Origin: Octopus sinensis
Taxonomy: Eukaryota
DNA length: 64,000 nt
Direction of reading: 5' to 3'
Assembly: GCF_006345805.1 (NCBI RefSeq)
Contig: NC_043015.1
Location: forward strand, 38,192,001 to 38,256,000
Shown: one piece after another, positions 41,036 to 52,800 of the stretch
Layout of the letters: every line of letters begins with the position of its first letter
Position numbering within the stretch: the first letter of the stretch is position 1
The notes under the pieces: model-generated
What the model was told of the DNA's origin: nothing
The model's input: only the letters and a program-made list of their open reading frames with translations
Databases searched by the model: none
Translations under genes and position numbers: made by a program

Positions 41036-41436
41036 TTTTTTGCGTAATACGATAAAAAAAAACAAGGCTGTGTAGATATTAGAGCATTTATAGATAGAAG
41101 GTCTGACAGCTGTTTCTAGGATATTAATTAATAATAATATCCCTTCATCGGAGACGGTATGAGATGAAAAATTGAGTCATAGTTTCGATGTGATACAAAT
41201 AGAGAGTGAGGTGGAGGAATAATACCCATACATATCTTACATCTATTTTTTTTTCCTCCACCTCCCTCTCTATTTTGTATCACATCGAAACTAACTATGA
41301 CTTAACTATCCTCTCACACCGTCTCCGATGAAGGGATATTATTAATTAATATCCTAGAAACAGCTGTAAGACCTTCTATCTATAAATGTTCTAATATCTA
41401 TACAGCCTTGGTTTTTTTATCTTATTACGCAAAAAA
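41036..41436. repeat. ~400-bp foldback (two ~185-bp inverted arms), each arm carrying a minimal type-I hammerhead-like motif (PLE-end-like)
   Basis: Arms at 41036-41219 and 41253-41436. Plus strand 41321-41372: gtct-ccgatga-a-gggatatt-attaatt-aatatcct-a-gaaac-agct-gta-agac. Minus strand 41155-41101 is the same with a GTC triplet. Confidence 0.8.
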
Positions 41437-41827
41437 TTCATATATATATATATATTATATAAGTATATTATATATATATATGTATGTATTGCTAAGAATA
41501 CAAGACTTCTCGCTACAAATGAGGTCGAGTTAGCAATTGAAAGAAAGCGTCGCATTTGGGATAAATTGAGATAGAGAAATATACATACTTCCTATTGTAT
41601 TTAGTGAGTATATAATTCTTGCATATATACACGGTTACATTATATGGGTGTCTGTATTTATGTACATGCGTGAGTATATATATACACACACACTCATACA
41701 AACAGAAACATACATACACACACTCACTCACACCACACAAACATGTGTAGCTACACACATTTGTGGTATGTTTTGTTGATGTTTCTTTAATTCGCTCGGC
41801 AAATAGATTTTATGCACACACGTAGAC

Positions 41828-41873
<46 letters not shown>

Positions 41874-41945
41874 TAGATAGATAGATAGTCGCACACTTGC
41901 ATACATTCACATATACATATATACATACACACACACGCACACCAC

Positions 41946-41997
<52 letters not shown>

Positions 41998-42003
41998 ACA
42001 CCA

Positions 42004-42046
<43 letters not shown>

Positions 42047-42389
42047 CATATATAATATATGCATGTATATATGTATGTATGTGTGTATGCATGTATGTAT
42101 GTATATGTATGTATATAATATTGCATGCTGTTATTTTGCACAACCAGCCACTACATCATATTGCTAAATATCAAATGTAAGACTATATTATCAATGTAAG
42201 AAGTCAAGAATTCCAGACTAACAAGCGATTTCCCAGATGTGCCATTACAACTTCATTATAGATTAGCCAGAGCTTTTGAGGCCGAAACACAAAAATGTGT
42301 ACATGCGTACGCGCGTGTGTGTGTGTACGTGTGTGTGAGGTCATTGTCTTCAAGTTGGCCTCATTCCTATGATGGAGTGTGTAATACAA

Positions 42390-42575
42390 AATTATTGATT
42401 CCGGTAGAATCTGATCCGACTCTTTACGTTTCTGAGTTCAAATTCCGCCGAAGTCGACTTTGACTTTCATTCCCTCGGGTAGATAAATTAAGTACCAGTT
42501 GAGTACTGGGGTCGATGTAACCGACTTAACCCCTCCCCACCAAATTTCAGGCCTTGTGCCTAGAGTAGAAAGGAT
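42390..42575 (+). mobile_element. SINE family A
   Basis: gagttcaaattccgccgaagtcgactttgactttcattccctcgggtagataaattaagtaccag...aaatttcaggccttgtgcctag. Confidence 0.88.
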
Positions 42576-42579
42576 TCTT

Positions 42580-42586
42580 CTTCTTC

Positions 42587-42626
<40 letters not shown>

Positions 42627-43077
42627 TATTATTACTATTAGTATTATTATTATTATTATTATTATTGTATTAGTAGTAGTAGTAGTAGTGGTGGTGGTGG
42701 TGTGGTGGTGGTGGTGTCGTGGTTGTGTGGGTGGTGATGGGGGTGGTGGTGGTGGTGGTGGTGGTGATGGTGGTGGTGGTGGTGGTGTTGGTGGTGTGTG
42801 GTGAGTGGTGGTGGTGGTGGTGGTGTGATGGTGGTGGTGGGTGGTGGTGGTGTGTGGTGATGGTGGTTGCGGTGGTGATGGTGGTGGTGGTGGTGGTGGT
42901 TGTGGTGGTGGTGGTGGTTGTGGTGGTGGGGTGGTGGTGGTGGTGGTGTGGTTGTGGTGGTGATGGTGTGGTGGTGTGGTGGTGGTGGTTGTGGTGGTGA
43001 TGGTGTGGTGGTGGTGGTGGTGGTTGTGGTGGTGATGGTGGTGGTGGTGGTGGTGGTGGTGGTGGTTTGGTGGGTGG

Positions 43078-43120
<43 letters not shown>
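42580..43120. repeat. (ATT)n/(GGT)n/(TAG)n compound microsatellite
   Basis: Direct inspection. Confidence 0.96.
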
Positions 43121-43122
<2 letters not shown>

Positions 43123-43994
43123 AAATTCATGAATAAATGTTGACGGGTCGTGCGCTTGCGACTCCGTTTCTTTATTCCAAATTGCAAATGGCTGCAGTAA
43201 GCTGTTCCCCTCCCCTCCGAAAGACAAAGATCACATCGTCTGCTGTGAATAACGCAGAGAAATAACGGTTCTACAAGGAACCAATTGATTCCATAATTGT
43301 TATGGAAATATTATCCTTTAAACTCCAGATATATTGTGAGAGTGAAGCAACAAGTGTCTTGATGTGTGTGTGTGTGTGTCTGTGTGTTATGAGAGTTTTC
43401 TTTTTGGGGAGAATTTTCAATAAATTTTGTATAATTTTTTTGTTTTTTTACTAATGTATGCAAGAGGGACCTTAACTCGATAAACTAATGTTTTAGAAAG
43501 ACTCGGCCGCTGTGAAGAACAATGTTTTTTCAGTATCTTTTGCTAATGTCTGCTGCAGGGGCTTCGGGGTACAATATTCTCAGTTTATGTTCTGACAGCA
43601 GTCAAAAGGAACGAAATTTCGTAAGAAGTCACACAGCCGTGACCCGCTCCTTGTAAAGATTTGTTACTATACAACATTTTACTTTCTTAGGTATAAAACT
43701 ACACGCTGCTGACACACAGTTGCTTTTTACATATTATCATACACACACATACATACACACGTGTGTGTATTTATATAAATATTGAATTAAGGTTATTATT
43801 TTAAAGCAAGTTTAAGAATAACAGATCGTTTACAGATGGGATGACGCCATACTGAGGTAGAATTGAATTTATTGTAAAGTTCGTGTTAAATTGGGATTTT
43901 AAGTTTTTCCCACTGGGGATAGAAAAAGAAATTGAAGTCCCCGTCCACATGGATTTTATATATATCACCACCACCACCATCATCATCTTTTTCT

Positions 43995-44180
43995 TCTTCT
44001 TCTTTTAATGTCCGTCTTCCATGATGGCATGAGTTGGACGGTTTAACAAGATTCTAAGAACCAGAACAATGCGTTGTGCTTCAATGTCTGTTTTGGCAAG
44101 TTTCTACGGCTGGATGCCCTTCCTGACGCTAACTACTTTACAGAGCATTTTTCGTGACATCAGCACCAGTGCGGTTACCA
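43995..44180 (+). mobile_element. Short element with RTE-type 3' tail (family D)
   Basis: ccatgatggcatgagttggacggttt...tacggctggatgcccttcctgacgctaac. A second copy lies at 46130-46320 and a reverse copy at 61330-61510. Confidence 0.65.
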
Positions 44181-44536
44181 AGTGACTTGCAAGATTAAGG
44201 CCCCCATCGTGTGGGGATATATTTAAAAGGTAGGCAGCTTCTTGCCAAATGAAAGGCGTGAGTATAAACGAAAGGGGCTCGGCGGTTGTCAACACACAAC
44301 AAAGTATGACCACTTTTTGCGCTCCTGCCCTTTTTTTCCCTTAGCAATGTTATGGCTCCCTTCCACGGGTTCTGAGCTGGCTTTTAAGGCCCACTGCTAA
44401 CCCTTGGGTTCGACAGCAGGTCCTGCGTAGCTACTACATAAAAAAATTTTTAGTGAATTCTCAGGGACAAGAAATGAAAATGTGTGTGCGTGTTTGTGTG
44501 TGTGTGTGTGTGTGCGTTTGTGTGTATGTTTGTGTG

Positions 44537-44635
<99 letters not shown>

Positions 44636-45165
44636 ACAGTTCCTATTTGCCGAATTCCAATCAGATGGCATCGTCAACCAGAAACCGTGGTAGAAGACGC
44701 TTATGCAAAATTGAGTGCAGTGAGTTTGAACCCACAAAACCTGGGATTGCAAGTAGAACTAGAGCCTACACAGCTACCGAACATACTGCGACAATTCCAC
44801 CCAATTCAGGAACTCATTTCCAACCGACATTCTGCAAATATTTTTCCAAGATGGAAATTACAGAAAGAATAAAAAGTAAGAATATTGAAATGGATATGTC
44901 TTTGGAATTTCATTGCTTGGTTGAGAGAAGTGTTCTGATGCCCCACCCCATCCCACCCCGCACATACCCATCCGTGTGTGTGGGGGGAGGGGGGAATGAT
45001 TTAGCTGTGATTACATGAGTTTATGTAAACATACACACACACACACACGAGCTATGAACGTATGTATACTGTAAATATATACGTTCAACCTATGTACTTA
45101 CACACTCACATACATGCATACGTATTATGTATGTGTGTGTATATGTATGTATGTAATTATGAATG

Positions 45166-45482
45166 CACGTGGCTCAGTGGTTAAGGGCATTTGGCTCGTG
45201 ATCGTAAGGTCGTGAGTTCGATTCCTGGCGACGCATTGTGTCCTTGAGCAAGACACTTTATTTCCCGTTGCTCCACTCAGCCGTCAAAAATGAGTAGTCC
45301 CTGTAATTCACAAGGGGCCAGCCTTGTCACATTCTGTGTCACGTTGAATCTCCTTGAGAACTACGTTAAGGGTATGTGTGTCTGTGGAGTACTCAGCCAC
45401 TTGCACCTTAATTTCACGAGCAAGCTGTTCTGTTGATCGTATGAGATAGGATCCTCGTCGTCGTAACCGACGGAGTGCTCCA
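45166..45482 (+). mobile_element. tRNA-derived SINE (family C)
   Basis: gcacgtggctcagtggttaagggcatttggctcgtgatcgtaaggtcgtgagttcgattcctggc (A- and B-box-like), then gtgtccttgagcaagacacttta...ccgacggagtgctcc. Confidence 0.88.
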
Positions 45483-45491
45483 TGTATGTAC

Positions 45492-45524
<33 letters not shown>

Positions 45525-46816
45525 TGTGTGTGTGTGTGTGAGTGAGTGTATGTGTGTGGGTGTGTACGCATGTATGCAGGTATGTGTGCATTACACATAC
45601 ATACATAAAAGAAAAGAAATCTTTGTCAACTGATACAACAATCTTGTTATACAATACAATGCTGATGAGGTCCAATAGACTGAAACATGTCCATAGTTGT
45701 CCTTCCTTGCCCACAAACAATAATCAGATTTCCTCAAAGCATGTAAATTAACTTAGGTTAATTTCTAAATTCCTGAAATTATCTCCCCCTTATCTTGAGA
45801 GTTGCAAGCAGTTGCCACAAGGGGGATTTTTTTTTCTCTGTCTTTTTATTCCCTTTTTTCAACTTTGAAAGAAATTTCAGTCAGTAAATAAATAAGCTTT
45901 TAACACACCGTATTCAGTAGAGATCGCCAATTAACTGATATTTATAGCTGTGGCTGTTGAAACAATAACTTTTATACAACGAATGTAAAATTAAAAACAA
46001 AAAAACAACTGTCTTTAGTTTAATGTTAAATCTGTGTCTTTCACTGTTTTATTTATTTTTTCAAAACTCTGATAAACTTGATTGAGAGTATAATATGTAC
46101 AACACACACACACACACACATACCATTATCATCGTCTTTCAATGTCCATTTTCCATGCTGGCATGAGTTGGACAGTTTAACAGAATCCAACAGGTCAAGC
46201 TTCAATGTCTGCTTTCCACAGCTGGATGCCATTCCTAATGCCAACCACTTCAAAGACTGGACTGGGGTACTCTCTATTTTCTCATGGCACCATCGCCAGT
46301 GAGGTCACTATATGGCTCACAAGACAGACTAAGATCATTTTTGATTCAGTGGAGCTACAGTAGAAAGAGATGTAGCTTTATGTTAGGTGATGAAAGGGAA
46401 ATGTATGAAGAAAATGGACAGAGCAGGTTCAGTATCCGATTCCATCACACCATAAAAAAAAAACAACAAATAGACATACACATATTATTATAAAATAATA
46501 ATAGATCTTTATAATAAAAACCCATTCAGATTTTATATTACATTGGAATGCTCAGAATGGTCCTTTATTTTATGTTGAACCAAACTACTCAATATTCTTG
46601 AGTTTTGCCAATTTCACAACACCTTAGATTCTCCTATTTCTTCTTTTCTGATAAATTCTGTTTCTTTTGCTTTTCTGAACCCCTTATCCTTATTATTCTT
46701 GTGGGTTTTTTTCATGCTACACTCAATATTCCTTTGGTCCCCAGCAACCCTCACACTTTTTGGTTCCTACAAAATTCTACATATTTCAAATATTCTGCGA
46801 CCTTTAACAACTTGCG

Positions 46817-49800
46817 TGCTGCCAAATTCAAAACTTTTCTAAAGCTCTTCAACTTTTGTAGTTCTTAGTTCCTGAAAATTCCTTGGTCTTCTACACTTCT
46901 GCCAAATTCAAAACTTTTCTAAAGCTCTTCAACTTTTGTAGTTCTTAGTTCCTGAAAATTCCTTGGTCTTCTACACTTCTGCCAATTCAAAACTTTTCTA
47001 AAGCTCTTCAACTTTTGTAGTTCTTATTCCTGAAAATTCCTTGGTCTTCTACACTTCTGCCAATTCAAAACTTTTCTAAAGCTCTTCACTTTTGTAGTTC
47101 TTATTTCCTGAAAATTCCTTGGTCTTCTACACTTCTGCCAAATTCAAAACTTTTCTAAAGCTCTTCAACTTTTGTAGTTCTTAGTTCCTGAAAATTCCTT
47201 GGTCTTCTACACTTCTGCCAAATTCAAAACTTTTCTAAAGCTCTTCAACTTTTGTAGTTCTTAGTTCCTGAAAATTCCTTGGTCTTCTACACTTCTGCCA
47301 AATTCAAAACTTTTCTAAAGCTCTTCAACTTTTGTAGTTCTTATTTCCTGAAAATTCCTTGGTCTTCTACCTTCTTTCTGCCAAATTCAAAACTTTTCTA
47401 AAGCTCTTTCTTCAATCAATTTTGTAGTTCTTATTTCCTGAAAATTCCTTGGTCCTTCTACCTTCTGCCAAATTCAAACTTTTCTAAAGCTCTTCAACTT
47501 TTGTAGTTCTTATTCCTGAAAATTCCTTGGTCTTCTACACTTCTGCCAAATTCAAAACTTTTCTAAAGCTCTTCAACTTTTGTAGTTCTTATTTCCTGAA
47601 AATTCCTTGGTCTTCTACACTTCTGCCAAATTCAAAACTTTTCTAAAGCTCTTCAACTTTTGTAGTTCTTATTTCCTGAAAATTCCTTGGTCTTCTACAC
47701 TTCTGCCAAATTCAAAACTTTTCTAAAGCTCTTCAACTTTTGTAGTTCTTATTTCCTGAAAATTCCTTGGTCTTCTACACTTCTGGCCAAATTCAAAACT
47801 TTTCTAAAGCTCTTCAACTTTTGTAGTTCTTATTTCCTGAAAATTCCTTGGTCTTCTACACTTCTGCCAAATTCAAAACTTTTCTAAAGCTCTTCAACTT
47901 TTGTAGTTCTTATTTCCTTCCTTCCTGAAAATTCCTTGGTCTTCTACACTTCTGCCAATTCAAAACTTTTCTAAAGCTCTTCAACTTTTGTAGTTCTTAT
48001 TTCCTGAAAATTCCTTGGTCTTCTACACTTCTGCCAAATTCAAAACTTTTCTAAAGCTCTTCAACTTTTGTAGTTCTTATTTCCTGAAAATTCCTTGGTC
48101 TTCTACACTTCTCTGCCAAATTCAAAACTTTTCTAAAGCTCTTCAACTTTTGTAGTTCTTAGTTCCTGAAATTCCTTGGTCTTCTACACTTCTGCCAATT
48201 CAAAACTTTTCTAAAGCTCTTCAACTTTTGTAGTTCTTATTTCCTGGAAATTCCTTGGTCTTCACACTTCCTTTCTGCCAAATTCAAAACTTTTCTAAAG
48301 CTCTTCAACTTTTGTAGTTCTTATTTCCTGAAAATTCCTTGGTCTTCTACACTTCTGCCAAATTCAAACTTTTCTAAAGCTCTTCAACTTTGTAGTTCTT
48401 ATTTCCTGAAATTCCTTGGTCTTCTACACTTCTGCCAAATTCAAACTTTTCTAAAGCTCTTCAACTTTTGTAGTTCTTATTTCCTGAAAATTCCTTGTCT
48501 TCTACACTTCTGCTCCTGCCAAATTCAAAACTTTTCTAAAGCTCTTCAACTTTTGTAGTTCTTATTTCCTGAAAATTCCTTGGTCTTCTACACTTCTGCC
48601 AAATTCAAAACTTTTCTAAAGCTCTTCAACTTTTGTAGTTCTTATTTCCTGAAATTCCTTGGTCTTCTACACTTCTGCTGCCAATTTCAACTTTTTCTAA
48701 AGCTCTTCAACTTTTGTAGTTCTTAGTTCCTGAAAATTCCTTGGTCTTCTACACTTCTGCCAAATTCAAAACTTTTCTAAAGCTCTTCAACTTTTGTAGT
48801 TCTTATTTCCTGAAAATTCCTTGGTCTTCTACACTTCTGCCAAATTCAAAACTTTTCTAAAGCTCTTCAACTTTTGTAGTTCTTATTTCCTGAAAATTCC
48901 TTGGTCTTCTACACTTCTGCCAAATTCAAAACTTTTCTAAAGCTCTTCAACTTTTGTAGTTCTTATTTCCTGAAAATTCCTTGGTCTTCTACACTTCTGC
49001 CAAATTCAAAACTTTTCTAAAGCTCTTCAACTTTTGTAGTTCTTATTTCCTGGAAATTCCTTGGTCTTCTACACTTCTGCCAAATTCAAAACTTTTCTAA
49101 AGCTCTTCAACTTTTGTAGTTCTTATTTCCTGGAAATTCCTTGGTCTTCTACACTTCTGCCAAATTCAAAACTTTTCTAAAGCTCTTCAACTTTTGTAGT
49201 TCTTAGTTCCTGAAAATTCCTTGGTCTTCTACACTTCTGCCAAATTCAAAACTTTTCTAAAGCTCTTCAACTTTTGTAGTTCTTATTTCCTGAAAATTCC
49301 TTGGTCTTCTACACTTCTGCCAAATTCAAAACTTTTCTAAAGCTCTTCAACTTTTGTAGTTCTTATTTCCTGGAAATTCCTTGGTCTTCTACACTTCTGC
49401 CAATTCAAAACTTTTCTAAGCTCTTCAACTTTTGTAGTTCTTATTTCCTGAAATTCCTTGGTCTTCTACACTTCTGCCAAATTCAAACTTTTCTAAAGCT
49501 CTTCAGCTTTTGTAGTTCTTAGTTCCTGAAAATTCCTTGGTCTTCTACACTTCTGCCAAATTCAAAACTTTTCTAAAGCTCTTCAACTTTTGTAGTTCTT
49601 ATTTCCTGAAAATTCCTTGGTCTTCTACACTTCTGCCAAATTCAAAACTTTTCTAAAGCTCGTCAACTTTTGTAGTTCTTATTTCCTGAAAATTCCTTGG
49701 TCTTCTACACTTCTGCCAATTCAAAACTTTTCTAAGCTCTTCAACTTTTGTAGTTCTTATTTCCTGAAAATTCCTTGGTCTTCTACACTTCTGCCAAATT

Positions 49801-52800
49801 CAAAACTTTTCTAAAGCTCTTCAACTTTTGTAGTTCTTAGTTCCTGAAAATTCCTTGGTCTTCTACACTTCTGCCAAATTCAAAACTTTTCTAAAGCTCT
49901 TCAACTTTTGTAGTTCTTAGTTCCTGAGAATTCCTTGGTCTTCTACACTTCTGCCAAATCAAAACTTTTCTAAAGCTCTTCAACTTTTGTAGTTCTTATT
50001 TCCTGAAAATTCCTTGGTCTTCTACACTTCTGCCAAATTCAAAACTTTTCTAAAGCTCTTCAACTTTGTAGTTCTTATTTCCTGAAAATTCCTTGGTCTT
50101 CTACACTTCTGCCAAATTCAAAACTTTTCTAAAGCTCTTCAACTTTTGTAGTTCTTATTTCCTGAAAATTCCTTGGTCTTCTACACTTCTGCCAAATTCA
50201 AAACTTTTCTAAAGCTCTTCAACTTTTGTAGTTCTTATTTCCTGAAATTCCTTGGTCTTCTACACTTCTGCCAAATTCAAAACTTTCTAAGCTCTTCAAC
50301 TTTTGTAGTTCTTATTTCCTGAAAATTCCTTGGTCTTCTACACTTCTGCCAAATTCAAAACTTCTAAAGCTCTTCAACTTTTGTAGTTCTTATTTCTGAA
50401 AATTCCTTGGTCTCTACACTTCTGCCAAATTCAAAACTTTTCTAAAGCTCTTCAACTTTTGTAGTTCTTATTTCCTGAAAATTCCTTGGTCTTCTACACT
50501 TCTGCCAAATTCAAAACTTTTCTAAAGCTCTTCACTTTTGTAGTTCTTATTTCCTGAAAATTCCTTGGTCTTCTACACTTCTGCCAAATTCAAAACTTTT
50601 CTAAAGCTCTTCAACTTTTGTAGTTCTATTTCCTGAAATTCCTTGGTCTTCTACACTTCTGCCAAATTCAAAACTTTTCTAAAGCTCTTCAACTTTTGTA
50701 GTTCTTATGTTCCTGAAAATTCCTTGTCTTCTACACTTCTGCCAATTCAAAACTTTTCTAAAGCTCTTCAACTTTTGTAGTTCTTATTTTCCTGAAAATT
50801 CTTGGTCTTCTACACTCTTCTGCCAAATTCAAAACTTTCTAAAGCTCGTCAACTTTTGTAGTTCTTATTTCTGAAAATTCCTTGGTCTTCTACACTTCTG
50901 CCAAATTCAAAACTTTTCTAAAGCTCTTCAACTTTTGTAGTTCTTATTTCCTGAAATTCCTTGGTCTTCTACACTTCTGCCAAATTCAAAACTTTTCTAA
51001 AGCTCTTCAACTTTTGTAGTTCTTATTTCCTGAAAATTCCTTGGTCTTCTACACTTCTGCCAAATTCAAAACTTTTCTAAAGCTCTTCAACTTTTGTAGT
51101 TCTTAGTTCCTGAAAATTCCTTGGTCTTCTACACTTCTGCCAAATTCAAAACTTTTCTAAAGCTCTTCAACTTTGTAGTTCTTATTTCCTGAAAATTCCT
51201 TGGTCTTCTACACTTCTGCCAAATTCAAACTTTTCTAAAGCTCTTCAACTTTTGTAGTTCTTATTTCCTGAAAATTCCTTGGTCTTCAACACTTCTGCCA
51301 AATTCAAAACTTTTCTAAAGCTCTTCAACTTTTGTAGTTCTTATTTCCTGAAAATTCCTTGGTCTTCTACACTTCTGCCAAATTCAAAACTTTTCTAAAG
51401 CTCTTCAACTTTTGTAGTTCTTATTTCCTGAAAATTCCTTGGTCTTCTACACTTCTGCCAAATTCAAAACTTTTCTAAAGCTCTTCAACTTTTGTAGTTC
51501 TTAGTTCCTGAAAATTCCTTGGTCTTCTACACTTCTGCCAAATTCAAACTTTTCTAAAGCTCTTCAACTTTGTAGTTCTCTATTTCCTGAAAATTCCTTG
51601 GTCTTCTACACTTCTGCCAAATTCAAAACTTTTCTAAAGCTCTTCAACTTTTGTAGTTCTTGTTCCTGAAAATTCCTTGGTCTTCTACACTTCTGCCAAA
51701 TTCAAAACTTTTCTAAAGCTCTTCAACTTTGTAGTTCTTATTTCCTGAAAATTCCTTGGTCTTCTACACTTCTGCCAAATTCAAAACTTTCTAAAGCTCT
51801 TCAACTTTGTAGTTCTTAGTTCCTGAAATTCCTTGGTCTTCTACACTTCTGCCAAATTCAAAACTTTTCTAAAGCTCTTCAACTTTTGTAGTTCTTAGTT
51901 CCTGAAAATTCCTTGGTCTTCTACACTTCTGCCAAATTCAAAACTTTTCTAAAGCTCTTCAACTTTTGTAGTTCTTATTTCCTGAAAATTCCTTGGTCTT
52001 CTACACTTCTGCAAATTCAAAACTTTTCTAAAGCTCTTCAACTTTTGTAGTTCTATTTCCTGAAAATTCCTTGGTCTTCTACACTTCTGCCAAATTCAAA
52101 ACTTTTCTAAAGCTCTTCAACTTTGTAGTTCTTATTTCCTGAAAATTCCTTGGTCTTCTACACTTCTGCCAAATTCAAAACTTTTCTAAAGCTCTTCAAC
52201 TTTTGTAGTTCTTATTTCCTGAAAATTCCTTGGTCTTCTACACTTCTGCCAAATTCAAAACTTTTCTAAAGCTCTTCAACTTTTGTAGTTCTTATTCCTG
52301 AAAATTCCTTGGTCTTCTACACTTCTGCCAAATTCAAAACTTTTCTAAAGCTCTTCAACTTTTGTAGTTCTTAGTTCCTGAAAATTCCTTGGTCTTCTAC
52401 ACTTCTGCCAAATTCAAAACTTTTCTAAAGCTCTTCAACTTTTGTAGTTCTTATTTCCTGAAAATTCCTTGGTCTTCTACACTTCTGCCAAATTCAAAAC
52501 TTTTCTAAAGCTCTTCAACTTTTGTAGTTCTTATTTCCTGAAAATTCCTTGGTCTTCTACACTTCTGCCAAATTCAAAACTTTTCTAAAGCTCTTCAACT
52601 TTTGTAGTTCTTATTTCCTGAAAATTCCTTGGTCTTCTACACTTCTGCCAAATTCAAAACTTTTCTAAAGCTCTTCAACTTTGTAGTTCTTATTTCCTGA
52701 AAATTCCTTGGTCTTCTACACTTCTGCCAAATTCAAAACTTTTCTAAAGCTCTTCAACTTTTGTAGTTCTTATTTCCTGAAAATTCCTTGGTCTTCTACA

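Noticed and set aside
43560-43621. Plus-strand exon-like segment (ctgcag|GGGCTT...TTTC|GTAAGA)
   Set aside because: Plausible splice signals but no homology or linked exons.
45166-45240. tRNA gene
   Set aside because: The tRNA-like head continues directly into a SINE body that is repeated at 31684-32015, so it is not a stand-alone tRNA.
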